From contig CAXXKJ010000002.1 in assembly GCA_963675295.2 (NCBI GenBank), positions 3,424,001-3,488,000 of the forward strand: a DNA stretch of 64,000 nt, written 5' to 3'. Source of the DNA: a bacterium (GTDB lineage Bacteria > Electryoneota > Electryoneia > Electryoneales > Electryoneaceae). Under the pieces are notes generated by a model, which worked only from the letters and a program-made list of their open reading frames with translations, was not told the origin of the DNA and ran no database searches. This document shows positions 51,962 through 60,583 of the stretch, piece after piece; within the stretch, counting starts at the first letter, position 1; each line of letters opens with the position of its first letter. The translations under genes were made by a program, and so were the position numbers.

Positions 51962-52987
51962 CTCCCCCTCCCCCGTGTTTACGACGAGCCGATGGATGGC
52001 CGCCTCCGCCACCTTGTTTGCGGCTGTCGGAATCAAACTAAACTGCGGAGCTATGGGGTGCAACGGGGATTCGGGGATGAGTTCGGGCATGTCGTAACCC
52101 GGGCGCGGGGCTTGGGGCGCCGGGCTCAGGGGTTGATGGTGCTTCGGTGTAGGATGGTCCCGGACTGAAGTACGTGGGCGTGGGTCTACCGGGGACACTT
52201 TGGGGACAAAGTGTCCCCGGTTCACGTTGGATTCGAGTGTGGACGGTCCGCGTCCGCAAGCGGACACGGGCACATCCTGGTTGTGATTGAAGCGGACGAA
52301 ACCGGCGTGCGCGGAATAATAGCCGTTCTTCTCCCGGAAAATCAGATCCGGGTAGATCAGGCGGCAGGGGTTGGGCTTGGTCGTGCGTTTCAGCCCACGG
52401 TTCCAGCCGCCGCCTGGCCCGTCCGGACCCTGGCCGGGTTTGTAACGCTTGCGTGGTTTGGGTTTCGGGCGTTTGAGGCGACCGTATTCGTCGAGCAGCT
52501 CCGGTGGGACGGGCTCGCCGGAGGAATCGTAGACGGTGGGCGGAGTTCGGAGGACCGGGCCGCCGTTGATGGCGATGGGGAGTGAACCGGGCTCGGGGCT
52601 TGGGGTTCTGGGCTCGGGGGGTGATTCAACCGGCGGATGATCTGCGGTAGCAGAGCTCCCGCGGGCATTTTGATTATGCAGCTCCTGCGGTTCGGGTGGC
52701 GGTATGTCGTGATCCCCGGGTTGACACCCGAAGCTAGTTAGATGCCACCCCTTCGGGGTGGTCGTGCCGTCGAAAGTTGTCGTCTCGACTGGACGGACTT
52801 GCGCGACGCCATGAAGAATTAGCATCTTCCACAGCGAAGCGACGATTCCCTTGACAGCACGGACAAGACGTACGATCCCCCGTTTCCCGATGGTGATGAG
52901 GGAAATACAGGTGTGGATGGCTGGTTGTCGATGCGTCGTGGGCTGCATGGCGGGATGGCTGTGGTGCGCGTGATGGGATCCGCTCAC
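51962..52987 (-). CDS. Orphan Pro/Lys-rich coding segment, in frame with the downstream lipoprotein and carrying embedded repeats
   Basis: 342 stop-free codons; coding-like third positions at 52280-52580; strong promoter directly upstream. Confidence 0.4.
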
Positions 52988-52989
52988 GA

Positions 52990-53034
52990 TGAACGGATGT
53001 TCAGAATTATACTTCCTTTTGTGTTGGTTGTCAA
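52990..53034 (-). promoter_or_regulatory. Consensus sigma70 promoter with GAAC-N4-GTTC operator over the start site
   Basis: Minus strand reads TTGACA-17 bp-TATAAT, then tcTGAACatccGTTCA. Confidence 0.8.
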
Positions 53035-53119
53035 GGCGTTGCGCTAGCTTCGAGAGGATTTTTTAGCAGATCCAGTACATCAATTATTTGCCTACTGAAA
53101 CGACTTCCATGGAGTTCAC

Positions 53120-54511
53120 ATGTTCAGAACGCTACTAGTTACACTACTAATTACCTCCTTCCAAGTTACATACGCAGTAGATTCATGGTTTGAACACACA
53201 ATAATTGATAATATTTCTGCTGAGGGCTTATACACTTCTGATATTAACTCAGACGGCTTTATTGATATTATTACAGGATCTGATTCACTTATTGTTTGTA
53301 TAAATAACGGTGATAACACATTTAATACACATTATTTTAGCATTAATGAAGGCAATATTTACTTAATCACAAGTTTAGCAACTGCTGATTTAGATTCAGA
53401 CGGCGATTTAGACATTATTGTCGTTTCTGAGTATATAGAAGACACACTTATTTGGATGGAAAACACTGATAATGGATTTCTAAAACATAGTGTTGATAAC
53501 GATATGCAATATTATTATGTAACAGTTTATGATATTGATAACGATTATGACATGGATATTATTACGTTTGGTTCACAGAGTCATATTTGGTTTAATGACA
53601 ATGCAACATTTACTTCGTCATTAGTAGGTAACAATTTGGGTATTGCTTATGATGCCGATATCGATGATTATGACAATGATAGTGATCTAGATATAGTCGT
53701 CTTAACATTTGACAACATCATTATGTTTTCTAATACCGGAAACAATATCTACAATCAAGGTATTATTGATACTGCTGAACCTTTTCAAGGATTCTGGTCC
53801 ATAGAGTCAGGTAGAATTAATGATGATTTGAAGCCAGATATTGTCGTTTCATCTAATAGTGAGATAAAATGGTATGATGTATATCAAGATACAATATACT
53901 CAAATAACATTTATCAACTAAATAACTATGATGACATTAGCTTATCTATTATTGACATGGACTACGATGATGATAGTGATATTATATGCGCGTTTAAACT
54001 GTCAAATAAACTACTATGGTTAGAAAATACCAATGACAATTTATGGAGTACACATCTAATAGGGTTAAATGAGACTACACAAAATATATTTGGTTCATCT
54101 GTTAAAAGCGAACAGTTTGACGTTGATCCAGATGTGGAAGTTGTACTAGCACTTTCATCAAAAATAGTCTGGTATGATTACAATGATTATCCATTGATAA
54201 TTACTCCAATAGTAACAAATATACCACCTGCTGGTGGTTCTATTCTCTATTCTTTGTCTTTAGTTAATCCAACATTGACAGCTCAATTCGGAATAAACTA
54301 TTGGACATCTATTACACTTCCGAACGGTAACACTCTTAGCCCTATAGTGACTGCTACTTTTAATATAGGTCGATATAGAACAATTATTATTGATCAACTA
54401 TATCAAAATGTGCCCAGTTTTGCGCCAAGCGGAACATACGTTCATACTTCAAATGTTGGATACTATCCAGAAAGCCTCTTGAATGCAAGCTTTGAATTCA
54501 CAAAAAACTGA
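53120..54511 (+). CDS. Secreted FG-GAP/VCBS-repeat protein with unnamed C-terminal domain; very AT-rich gene
   Basis: Signal peptide; repeated D[IL]DxDGDxDI[IV] and W.EN motifs; ends IPPAGG..SFEFTKN. Confidence 0.88.
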   Translation: MFRTLLVTLLITSFQVTYAVDSWFEHTIIDNISAEGLYTSDINSDGFIDIITGSDSLIVCINNGDNTFNTHYFSINEGNIYLITSLATADLDSDGDLDIIVVSEYIEDTLIWMENTDNGFLKHSVDNDMQYYYVTVYDIDNDYDMDIITFGSQSHIWFNDNATFTSSLVGNNLGIAYDADIDDYDNDSDLDIVVLTFDNIIMFSNTGNNIYNQGIIDTAEPFQGFWSIESGRINDDLKPDIVVSSNSEIKWYDVYQDTIYSNNIYQLNNYDDISLSIIDMDYDDDSDIICAFKLSNKLLWLENTNDNLWSTHLIGLNETTQNIFGSSVKSEQFDVDPDVEVVLALSSKIVWYDYNDYPLIITPIVTNIPPAGGSILYSLSLVNPTLTAQFGINYWTSITLPNGNTLSPIVTATFNIGRYRTIIIDQLYQNVPSFAPSGTYVHTSNVGYYPESLLNASFEFTKN

Positions 54512-54536
54512 TTGACCTTGAATAGTTTTGTGAGAT

Positions 54537-54566
54537 AAAAATACCCACTATCTAGTGGGTATTTTT
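54537..54566. terminator. Bidirectional terminator
   Basis: aaaaatacccacta-tc-tagtgggtattttt between convergent genes. Confidence 0.85.
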
Positions 54567-54596
54567 AGATATCTGCTCACATGTAGTCGGAAATCC

Positions 54597-55661
54597 TCAC
54601 ACCCCCACCAACTCCTCTTTCAAATCGTACTGCTTGATGTAGTTCTCGAGCAGTTCGACTTCGTCCCGGTTGCCCATGAACAGCGGAACACGTTGGTGCA
54701 GTTCTTCGGGTTGGACGTCGAGGATATCCATGACGCCGTTGCTCGCGGCGCCGCCGGCCTGTTCGATGACGAAGGCCATCGGGTTGGCCTCGTACATCAG
54801 GCGCAGCTTGCCGTTCGGCTTCTTTTTCGTGCCCGGGTAGAGGAAGATGCCGCCGTACAGCAGGTTACGGTGGAAGTCGGCGACCATTGACCCGATGTAG
54901 CGGGACGACATTGGTTTTTCGAGCGTCTTGCCGTCGAACGAGGCAGCGCAATCGTCACCCTCAAGGCATTTGCAGCGTTCGATGTAGCGGCGCACACCTT
55001 CGGACCAGTCCCTGGTGTACGATTCGTTGACCGAGTAGATGCCGCATTTTTCCGGCAGCCGGATGTTCGAGTGGCTGAGGATGAAATTGCCGATGGACGG
55101 GTCGAGGGTGAAGCCGTGCACGCCGCGGCCGGAGGTGTAGACCATGACGGTGGACGACCCGTACAGGATGTAGCCGGCGGCGATCAGGTTGCGTCCCGGC
55201 TGGAGGAAATCTTCCAGCGCGCCGGGTTCGCCGGGCGGGGTGACGCGGCGGTAGATGGCGAAGATCGAGCCGATGGAGACGTTCGCGTCGATGTTGGACG
55301 ATCCGTCCAGCGGGTCGAGCAGCACGACGTACTTGCCGGAGTTGACGTACGTCGGTCCGCGCACGAGGTCTTCGGCCTCTTCGGATGCCATCGCGCAGAC
55401 GTGCCCGGAGTATTTCAGGATGTGCATGAACAGGTCGTCGGCGTACTGGTCGAGTTTCCGCACCTCTTCGCCCTGGACGTTGATATCACCGGTGAATCCG
55501 GTGATTTCGTCGACAAGTCCGGCTTTGTTCACCTCCCGGTGGATGATTTTGGCGGTGAGCACGATTTCAGACATCAGGGATGTAAACTCACCCGTCGCTT
55601 GCGGGTAGCGGCGTCCTTCAATCGAGATGTGCCGATTGATGGTGATAAACTCCTGCGCCAC
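54597..55661 (-). CDS. fbp: Class 1 fructose-1,6-bisphosphatase
   Basis: NVQGEEVRKLD, ASEE, DPLDGSSNID, RYIGSMVADFHRNL, GKLRLMYEANP. Confidence 0.97.
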   Translation of the reverse strand: MAQEFITINRHISIEGRRYPQATGEFTSLMSEIVLTAKIIHREVNKAGLVDEITGFTGDINVQGEEVRKLDQYADDLFMHILKYSGHVCAMASEEAEDLVRGPTYVNSGKYVVLLDPLDGSSNIDANVSIGSIFAIYRRVTPPGEPGALEDFLQPGRNLIAAGYILYGSSTVMVYTSGRGVHGFTLDPSIGNFILSHSNIRLPEKCGIYSVNESYTRDWSEGVRRYIERCKCLEGDDCAASFDGKTLEKPMSSRYIGSMVADFHRNLLYGGIFLYPGTKKKPNGKLRLMYEANPMAFVIEQAGGAASNGVMDILDVQPEELHQRVPLFMGNRDEVELLENYIKQYDLKEELVGV

Positions 55662-55909
55662 GGGTACCTCCGGGTTCGGTGTTCCGATTGACGAGGGGGT
55701 GCAAAACGCGGAGAGCTACCCTTGTGGGGCAGCCCGGACGCGCCTTCAGATCCTGTTAGAAAAAAGGTACGCCAGCTTGTTCGAGGATTCAACCCGTTCG
55801 CGCAAGGCTAAGAATCTCCCGAACACCCGATGTACCAACAAGTAGCGCCGATTTGCAGCCCGGTCTCCGGGGAGCGAAATCGGCGTAAATTTCGAGCTCT
55901 CGCGCGCTG

Positions 55910-56836
55910 TCAGTCAACGTTCAACAGCGTTTCCGCGCCCTGTTTGATCAAATCTTCGGCGACCCGATCGGCCAACACCTTCGGGTCCTGGCCACCTTCG
56001 ATGCTGGAGAACGCTTCGGCCATCTCGCTGCCGTCCAGCGACATCACGCGCGCGTTCATCCGCATCCCTTCCTGACCATACCAGCGTGCAAGCGCGCCGA
56101 GGGCGGCGTGGCAGCCGGCGTTCAGGTTGCGCAGCAACGCGCGTTCCGCCATCAGGCATTGCCACGTGGCGTTGTGGTTCGTCGGTTCGAGCAAGGCGCG
56201 GGTCTGCTTGTCGTCCTCACGGATCTGGACGGCGACGATGGCCTGTTGCGCGGCGGGCAGGATCTGGTCGAGAGAGAAGACGTCGTCGATACGCCACGCG
56301 AGGCCGAGGCGTCGCACACCGACCCACGCGAGCAGGGTGGCGTCCACAGTGCCCTCGTCCACCTTGCGGATACGGGTCTCGACGTTGCCGCGAATGCTGG
56401 TCGTGTTCAGGTCGGGACGGATGCGTTTCAGCGAGGCCACGCGTCGCGGGCTGGACGTACCGATCAACGACCCTTCCGGCAGATCAGACAGGCGGATGTG
56501 GTCGCGGAGGATCAGGGCGTCGTTGACGACACCGCGTTCCGGGACGGCGGCGAGGTCGAGGCCGGGCGGGTTCGCGGCGGGCAGATCCTTGGCGCTGTGC
56601 ACGGCGAGGTCGACCTTGCCGGCGAGCAGTTCGGACTCGAGGTGCTTGACGAAGACGCCGGTTCCGCCCATCGCGGCGAGGGGCGTTTTGAGGTCCTTGT
56701 CGCCGGGTGCCTCGGCGATTACCAGCTCGACGGTGAGGTCCGGATGCGCCTTGAGGATCAGGTCACGCACGGTGTTCGCCTGCCACAGTGCGAGCGCGCT
56801 GCCGCGTGTGCCAAGGCTGAGGGTTTTATGGGCCAT
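55910..56836 (-). CDS. hemC: Hydroxymethylbilane synthase (porphobilinogen deaminase)
   Basis: GTRGSALALWQA, AVHSAKDLP, GTSSPRR, IRGNVETR, AER..L..L.AGC. Confidence 0.96.
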   Translation of the reverse strand: MAHKTLSLGTRGSALALWQANTVRDLILKAHPDLTVELVIAEAPGDKDLKTPLAAMGGTGVFVKHLESELLAGKVDLAVHSAKDLPAANPPGLDLAAVPERGVVNDALILRDHIRLSDLPEGSLIGTSSPRRVASLKRIRPDLNTTSIRGNVETRIRKVDEGTVDATLLAWVGVRRLGLAWRIDDVFSLDQILPAAQQAIVAVQIREDDKQTRALLEPTNHNATWQCLMAERALLRNLNAGCHAALGALARWYGQEGMRMNARVMSLDGSEMAEAFSSIEGGQDPKVLADRVAEDLIKQGAETLLNVD

Positions 56837-56850
56837 GAAAACGGGTTCCG

Positions 56851-57519
56851 TTAACGGTTGAGCTCCGCCGCCCACGTTTGCCAGAGGTCGTGCGGCGGAT
56901 CCGCGGAATCCCAAGCTGCAAGTTCGGAGTCGCTAACCGCAAGGAAACGGTCGTACATCGCTTCGCGTTGGGAGAACTCGGACACGTGTTCCTTGACCCA
57001 GCGGCGGAACGTCGATCCCCAACGGACACGTGGCGCCCAGCGTTCGGCGAAGTCGTGCAGCTCGTGCTTCAGGTGCCGCGCGAGGAACGGCGCTTCGCCC
57101 TCGGTGGAGATGGACAGCTGCAACGGTTCGTCGCGGACCACGGCGGCGAAATAGACGGTGCACAACTCGGGAACGTCGACGATGTTGACGGGGATGCCGT
57201 CCGCCTGGCATTCGGCGGAGATGGCTTCGTTAGTCGCGGGGTCGTCCGTGGCGGCGATGACGAGGTTGAACGCGACTTTCTTCGGGTCGTGGTGACGGCG
57301 CAGGCGTGTGTCGCCGGTGCAGTAGAGGCGCTCGAGCAGACGCACGGAGCGGTGCTCCTTCGCCAGCGCGCGGATCTCGGGGTGGACATCCTGCGAGATG
57401 ATGGTGATGTGCGCGCCGACCTCACGCAGCTTGTGGACCTTGTGCAACGCGACCTCTCCCCCGCCGACGACGAGGGCGCGGATACGGTCACCACGGAAGA
57501 TGAGGGGTAGTGTGGACAT
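56851..57519 (-). CDS. Precorrin-2 dehydrogenase/sirohydrochlorin ferrochelatase (CysG N-terminal, SirC/Met8p-like)
   Basis: LVVGGGEVA, VIAATDD..N, VNIVDVPELC..F.AVV, ISTEGEAP.LA. Confidence 0.9.
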   Translation of the reverse strand: MSTLPLIFRGDRIRALVVGGGEVALHKVHKLREVGAHITIISQDVHPEIRALAKEHRSVRLLERLYCTGDTRLRRHHDPKKVAFNLVIAATDDPATNEAISAECQADGIPVNIVDVPELCTVYFAAVVRDEPLQLSISTEGEAPFLARHLKHELHDFAERWAPRVRWGSTFRRWVKEHVSEFSQREAMYDRFLAVSDSELAAWDSADPPHDLWQTWAAELNR

Positions 57520-57611
57520 GGCTGGGTCCGGTGGTTGACGGTTCAGGTGTGGAATGTACGGCGGGCAGGGTGTGTTCAGGTGCGCTCTGGGGGTTCGGTG
57601 ACTGGCCAGTA

Positions 57612-57710
57612 GTCATTCTGAACGAAGTGAAGAATCTCTCTATTGCAGTTCTACTATAAGTCAACGGAAAACGAGAGATCCTTCTCGTGCCAATGGCACG
57701 TCAGGGTGAC
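57612..57710. repeat. About 100-bp imperfect palindromic MITE/REP-like element
   Basis: gtcattctga..gaagaatctctc ... gagagatccttc..tcagggtgac arms pair with each other. Confidence 0.75.
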
Positions 57711-57720
57711 AACCAAGGTG

Positions 57721-58935
57721 CTATCGCTTCGCTTCCAGTTCCGTCTGTGTCTTGCGGATGATTTCATCAACTTCAGCCTGCGTCTGAAGCACACCCCATG
57801 TTTGATCTCGCTCGCCTACGGGGACTTGATCGATGAGTCCCGGCTCAATATCACCATCAGGTTGTAATTCATCTACTTTTATATATCGGATAGCATCCGC
57901 ATATACAAAACCATCACTTTGGTTAATTATAGTTGTTCCCTGGACCCGCCCGTTTGTTATAGGCCAAGTACCTATGTAATCCCACATATTATAACCTCTA
58001 TTGGTGTGAAAAGAATTACTTTCATAAATTCCATAGGCGTGATAGGTTATAAATTGAAATCGCGGGGAAATAGAATTGTAGCCGGTATTGATATTCCACA
58101 CGTACATCTCATACAAACCTGGTTCAACAAGCTGATCCACACGCCAACCCGCGCGTCGCTCACCATATCCACGCGTATGATATAGCAAGGAACCACCTTT
58201 CGCGTCAGGGTGCTCAAAAGTCTGCCAATTGCCACTAATGATCACAAACTGCGGATCACTGTTGTCGATTTCGTAGACTGCTGAGAAAGGATGGACAAGC
58301 ATACGCCAAGCTGAGGTATCTGATGCCTGTGGGTCATATTCCCCGTTTGTAAACCCATCATCCATAAGAAACATGATGAAATCTACTGGTCCATGATAGA
58401 AAGGTTCTTCATACACGACTGCTCCATTCTCAATGAGTTCTCCATCTATTATCGGGGCGTATTCATGATCGCCAATAAATGTTAAGTATATATTGTCATC
58501 TTCAGGATCATCATACATGATGACGCAAAACCATTCTTCCCCAAACCGTACATTTGTCGGCGGATCAGCGATCAGCACAGGCGGGTCATTCACCTCGATC
58601 AGGTCAAGTTCGAAGGTCGACGAGTTGGACAGCTCACCGCCCGCGAGCACCATGAACTCGCCGGTCACATTCACGTCGTTGTTGAGATCCGGTATGAACG
58701 TAACCGTGCAGACACCCTCCACCACGGATATGTTCTGCACCGTTCCACCGACGACGTTGTACACATGGCAGTCGGTGGCAAGGTCGCCGTCATCATCGGT
58801 GTAGTTGAGGATCACTTCACCTTCGGTGTCTTCCCATGTCTGACCGAACGAAGGCGTGGCTACGGGTGGTGTGGCGAATGTGGTGAAGGCGAGTGCAAAC
58901 AGGCCGATGAGTGTGAGGCTGGCGATCCACTTCAT
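57721..58935 (-). CDS. Secreted protein: cadherin-like Ig domains plus golvesin-like carbohydrate-binding domain (paralog A)
   Basis: Start set at MKWIASL; EVNDPP; DNSDPQF..GNW..VYADAIRY. Confidence 0.8.
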   Translation of the reverse strand: MKWIASLTLIGLFALAFTTFATPPVATPSFGQTWEDTEGEVILNYTDDDGDLATDCHVYNVVGGTVQNISVVEGVCTVTFIPDLNNDVNVTGEFMVLAGGELSNSSTFELDLIEVNDPPVLIADPPTNVRFGEEWFCVIMYDDPEDDNIYLTFIGDHEYAPIIDGELIENGAVVYEEPFYHGPVDFIMFLMDDGFTNGEYDPQASDTSAWRMLVHPFSAVYEIDNSDPQFVIISGNWQTFEHPDAKGGSLLYHTRGYGERRAGWRVDQLVEPGLYEMYVWNINTGYNSISPRFQFITYHAYGIYESNSFHTNRGYNMWDYIGTWPITNGRVQGTTIINQSDGFVYADAIRYIKVDELQPDGDIEPGLIDQVPVGERDQTWGVLQTQAEVDEIIRKTQTELEAKR

Positions 58936-58969
58936 GGTGATGTCCCCCTGGACGGTTGTCCTTGAATGG

Positions 58970-58999
58970 AGTGTAGCTTTGACTATCCGCCGTTTGCAA
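58970..58999 (-). promoter_or_regulatory. Putative sigma70 promoter, duplicated at 60249-60278
   Basis: TTGCAA-18 bp-TACACT conserved in front of both paralogs. Confidence 0.6.
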
Positions 59000-59050
59000 G
59001 AAATCGTGATACCAGTTTGACAGCAACCCAAGCCACCGGAGCCTTGATTG

Positions 59051-60214
59051 TCACCTTGTATCCGTATCCGCCAGTGAATCAGGGTCGCAGTCTTCACAGG
59101 GGATGTCATCATACCAGGACGGGTCGTCAGCTGTCCCGTCTACGGGAGGCCATTCATTCACTTTGATATACCTGACTGCATCGGCATACACAATACCGCT
59201 CGGCCTGGCACGCAAGGTCACGCCTTGTGGAATGGTGTTATCAATGGGATATCTGCCTATAATCACCCATTGACCGTGTGGCAGCGGTTCAGAGTGAAGA
59301 CAATCTCCGTGAATACCAAGTGAATAATGGTGCTGATAACAAAATAACCGTGCCATCAGCTGATCATGACCAGTAGGGAATTGCCACGCATACATATCAT
59401 ACATGCCAGACTCCACGACTTGGTCAACACGCCAGCCAACCCTTGCCTGATCACCAGGCTGCGTATACATAAGCGAGCCGCCAATAGCCTCAGGTAAGTC
59501 ATACGTATTCCACCAGCCATTCATGACCATAAACTGCGGGTCAGAGTTATCAAATTCATAGTGGGTAATGTACGGCTGGATAATAACGGTAAACACCTGC
59601 TCTGCTGATTGCGGGTCAGGCTGGCCATTAGTCCAGCCATTGTCAGTGAATGTTATGGTGATTGCTACAGGTCCACGAAAGTTTTGAGACCATGTAAGCT
59701 GGTCTCCTTGATGAAAAACACCCTCAGCTTCAGGACCGAAGTAGTTATCACTAATAATCGTGTAGGTTAAGTCATCACCTTCAACATCCTCCACAACGGG
59801 ATGATAGACATAACTTGTACCATATTGGCCAGTCAATGGCGGCGCAGAAATGATAACCGGCGGATCATTCACCTCGATCAAGTCGAGTTCAAAGGTGGAG
59901 ATGTTGGACACTTCGCCGCCCGCCGTCACGGTGAAATTACCGGTCACATCTACATCGTTGTTCAGGTCGGGGGAGATGGTCACCGTGCACACACCACCCA
60001 CCACGGACGTTGATACCACCGTTCCGCCGACCACGTTGAACACGTCGCAATCAGTGGCAAGGTCGCCGTCGTCGTCCGTGTAGTTGAGGACCACTTCGCC
60101 TTCGGTGTCTTCCCACGTCTGACCGAACGAAGGTGTGGCTACGGGTGGTGTGGCGAATGTGGTGAAGGTAAGTGCAAGCAGGCCGAAGAGCGTGAGGCTG
60201 GCGATCCACTTCAT
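59051..60214 (-). CDS. Secreted protein, paralog B of 57721-58935
   Basis: Near-identical first ~120 aa; same domain order; divergent remainder. Confidence 0.82.
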   Translation of the reverse strand: MKWIASLTLFGLLALTFTTFATPPVATPSFGQTWEDTEGEVVLNYTDDDGDLATDCDVFNVVGGTVVSTSVVGGVCTVTISPDLNNDVDVTGNFTVTAGGEVSNISTFELDLIEVNDPPVIISAPPLTGQYGTSYVYHPVVEDVEGDDLTYTIISDNYFGPEAEGVFHQGDQLTWSQNFRGPVAITITFTDNGWTNGQPDPQSAEQVFTVIIQPYITHYEFDNSDPQFMVMNGWWNTYDLPEAIGGSLMYTQPGDQARVGWRVDQVVESGMYDMYAWQFPTGHDQLMARLFCYQHHYSLGIHGDCLHSEPLPHGQWVIIGRYPIDNTIPQGVTLRARPSGIVYADAVRYIKVNEWPPVDGTADDPSWYDDIPCEDCDPDSLADTDTR

Positions 60215-60366
60215 GGTGATGTCCCCCTGGACGGTTGTCCCTGCAAGGAGTGTAGTGTTGACTATCCGCCGTTTGCAAGAAATCGAGGCGGATTTGGCCG
60301 ATTCGCAACCAGTCCGGGGAGCAAGCTGCGGAACCTCTCGCGATTCGAACCAGCCAGCCAGATGCT

Positions 60367-60561
60367 CCCGACCAGCAAGCTGGTCGGGGCAGACACAAAT
60401 AACCGTCTACGAAAGGTCGGACTTGTGGGTGTAACGTGACCGTCGTATGCTGGAACACTGTGCACGAGCGTGAATCGCTGGTGGCTGGTTGGCCAGGGAA
60501 GTCTTCGCTTCCCAAGTATCCACCGGTAGAAACCCGTGTCACAAGATGACCCGGGCCACCC
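60367..60561. repeat. REP-like hairpin (cccgaccagc-aa-gctggtcggg-gcagacac) and a GGCCCGGG-ended element
   Basis: Relatives at 13548 and, inverted, at 63341. Confidence 0.75.
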
Positions 60562-60583
60562 GTCTGCGTGACGAGGAGGAACT

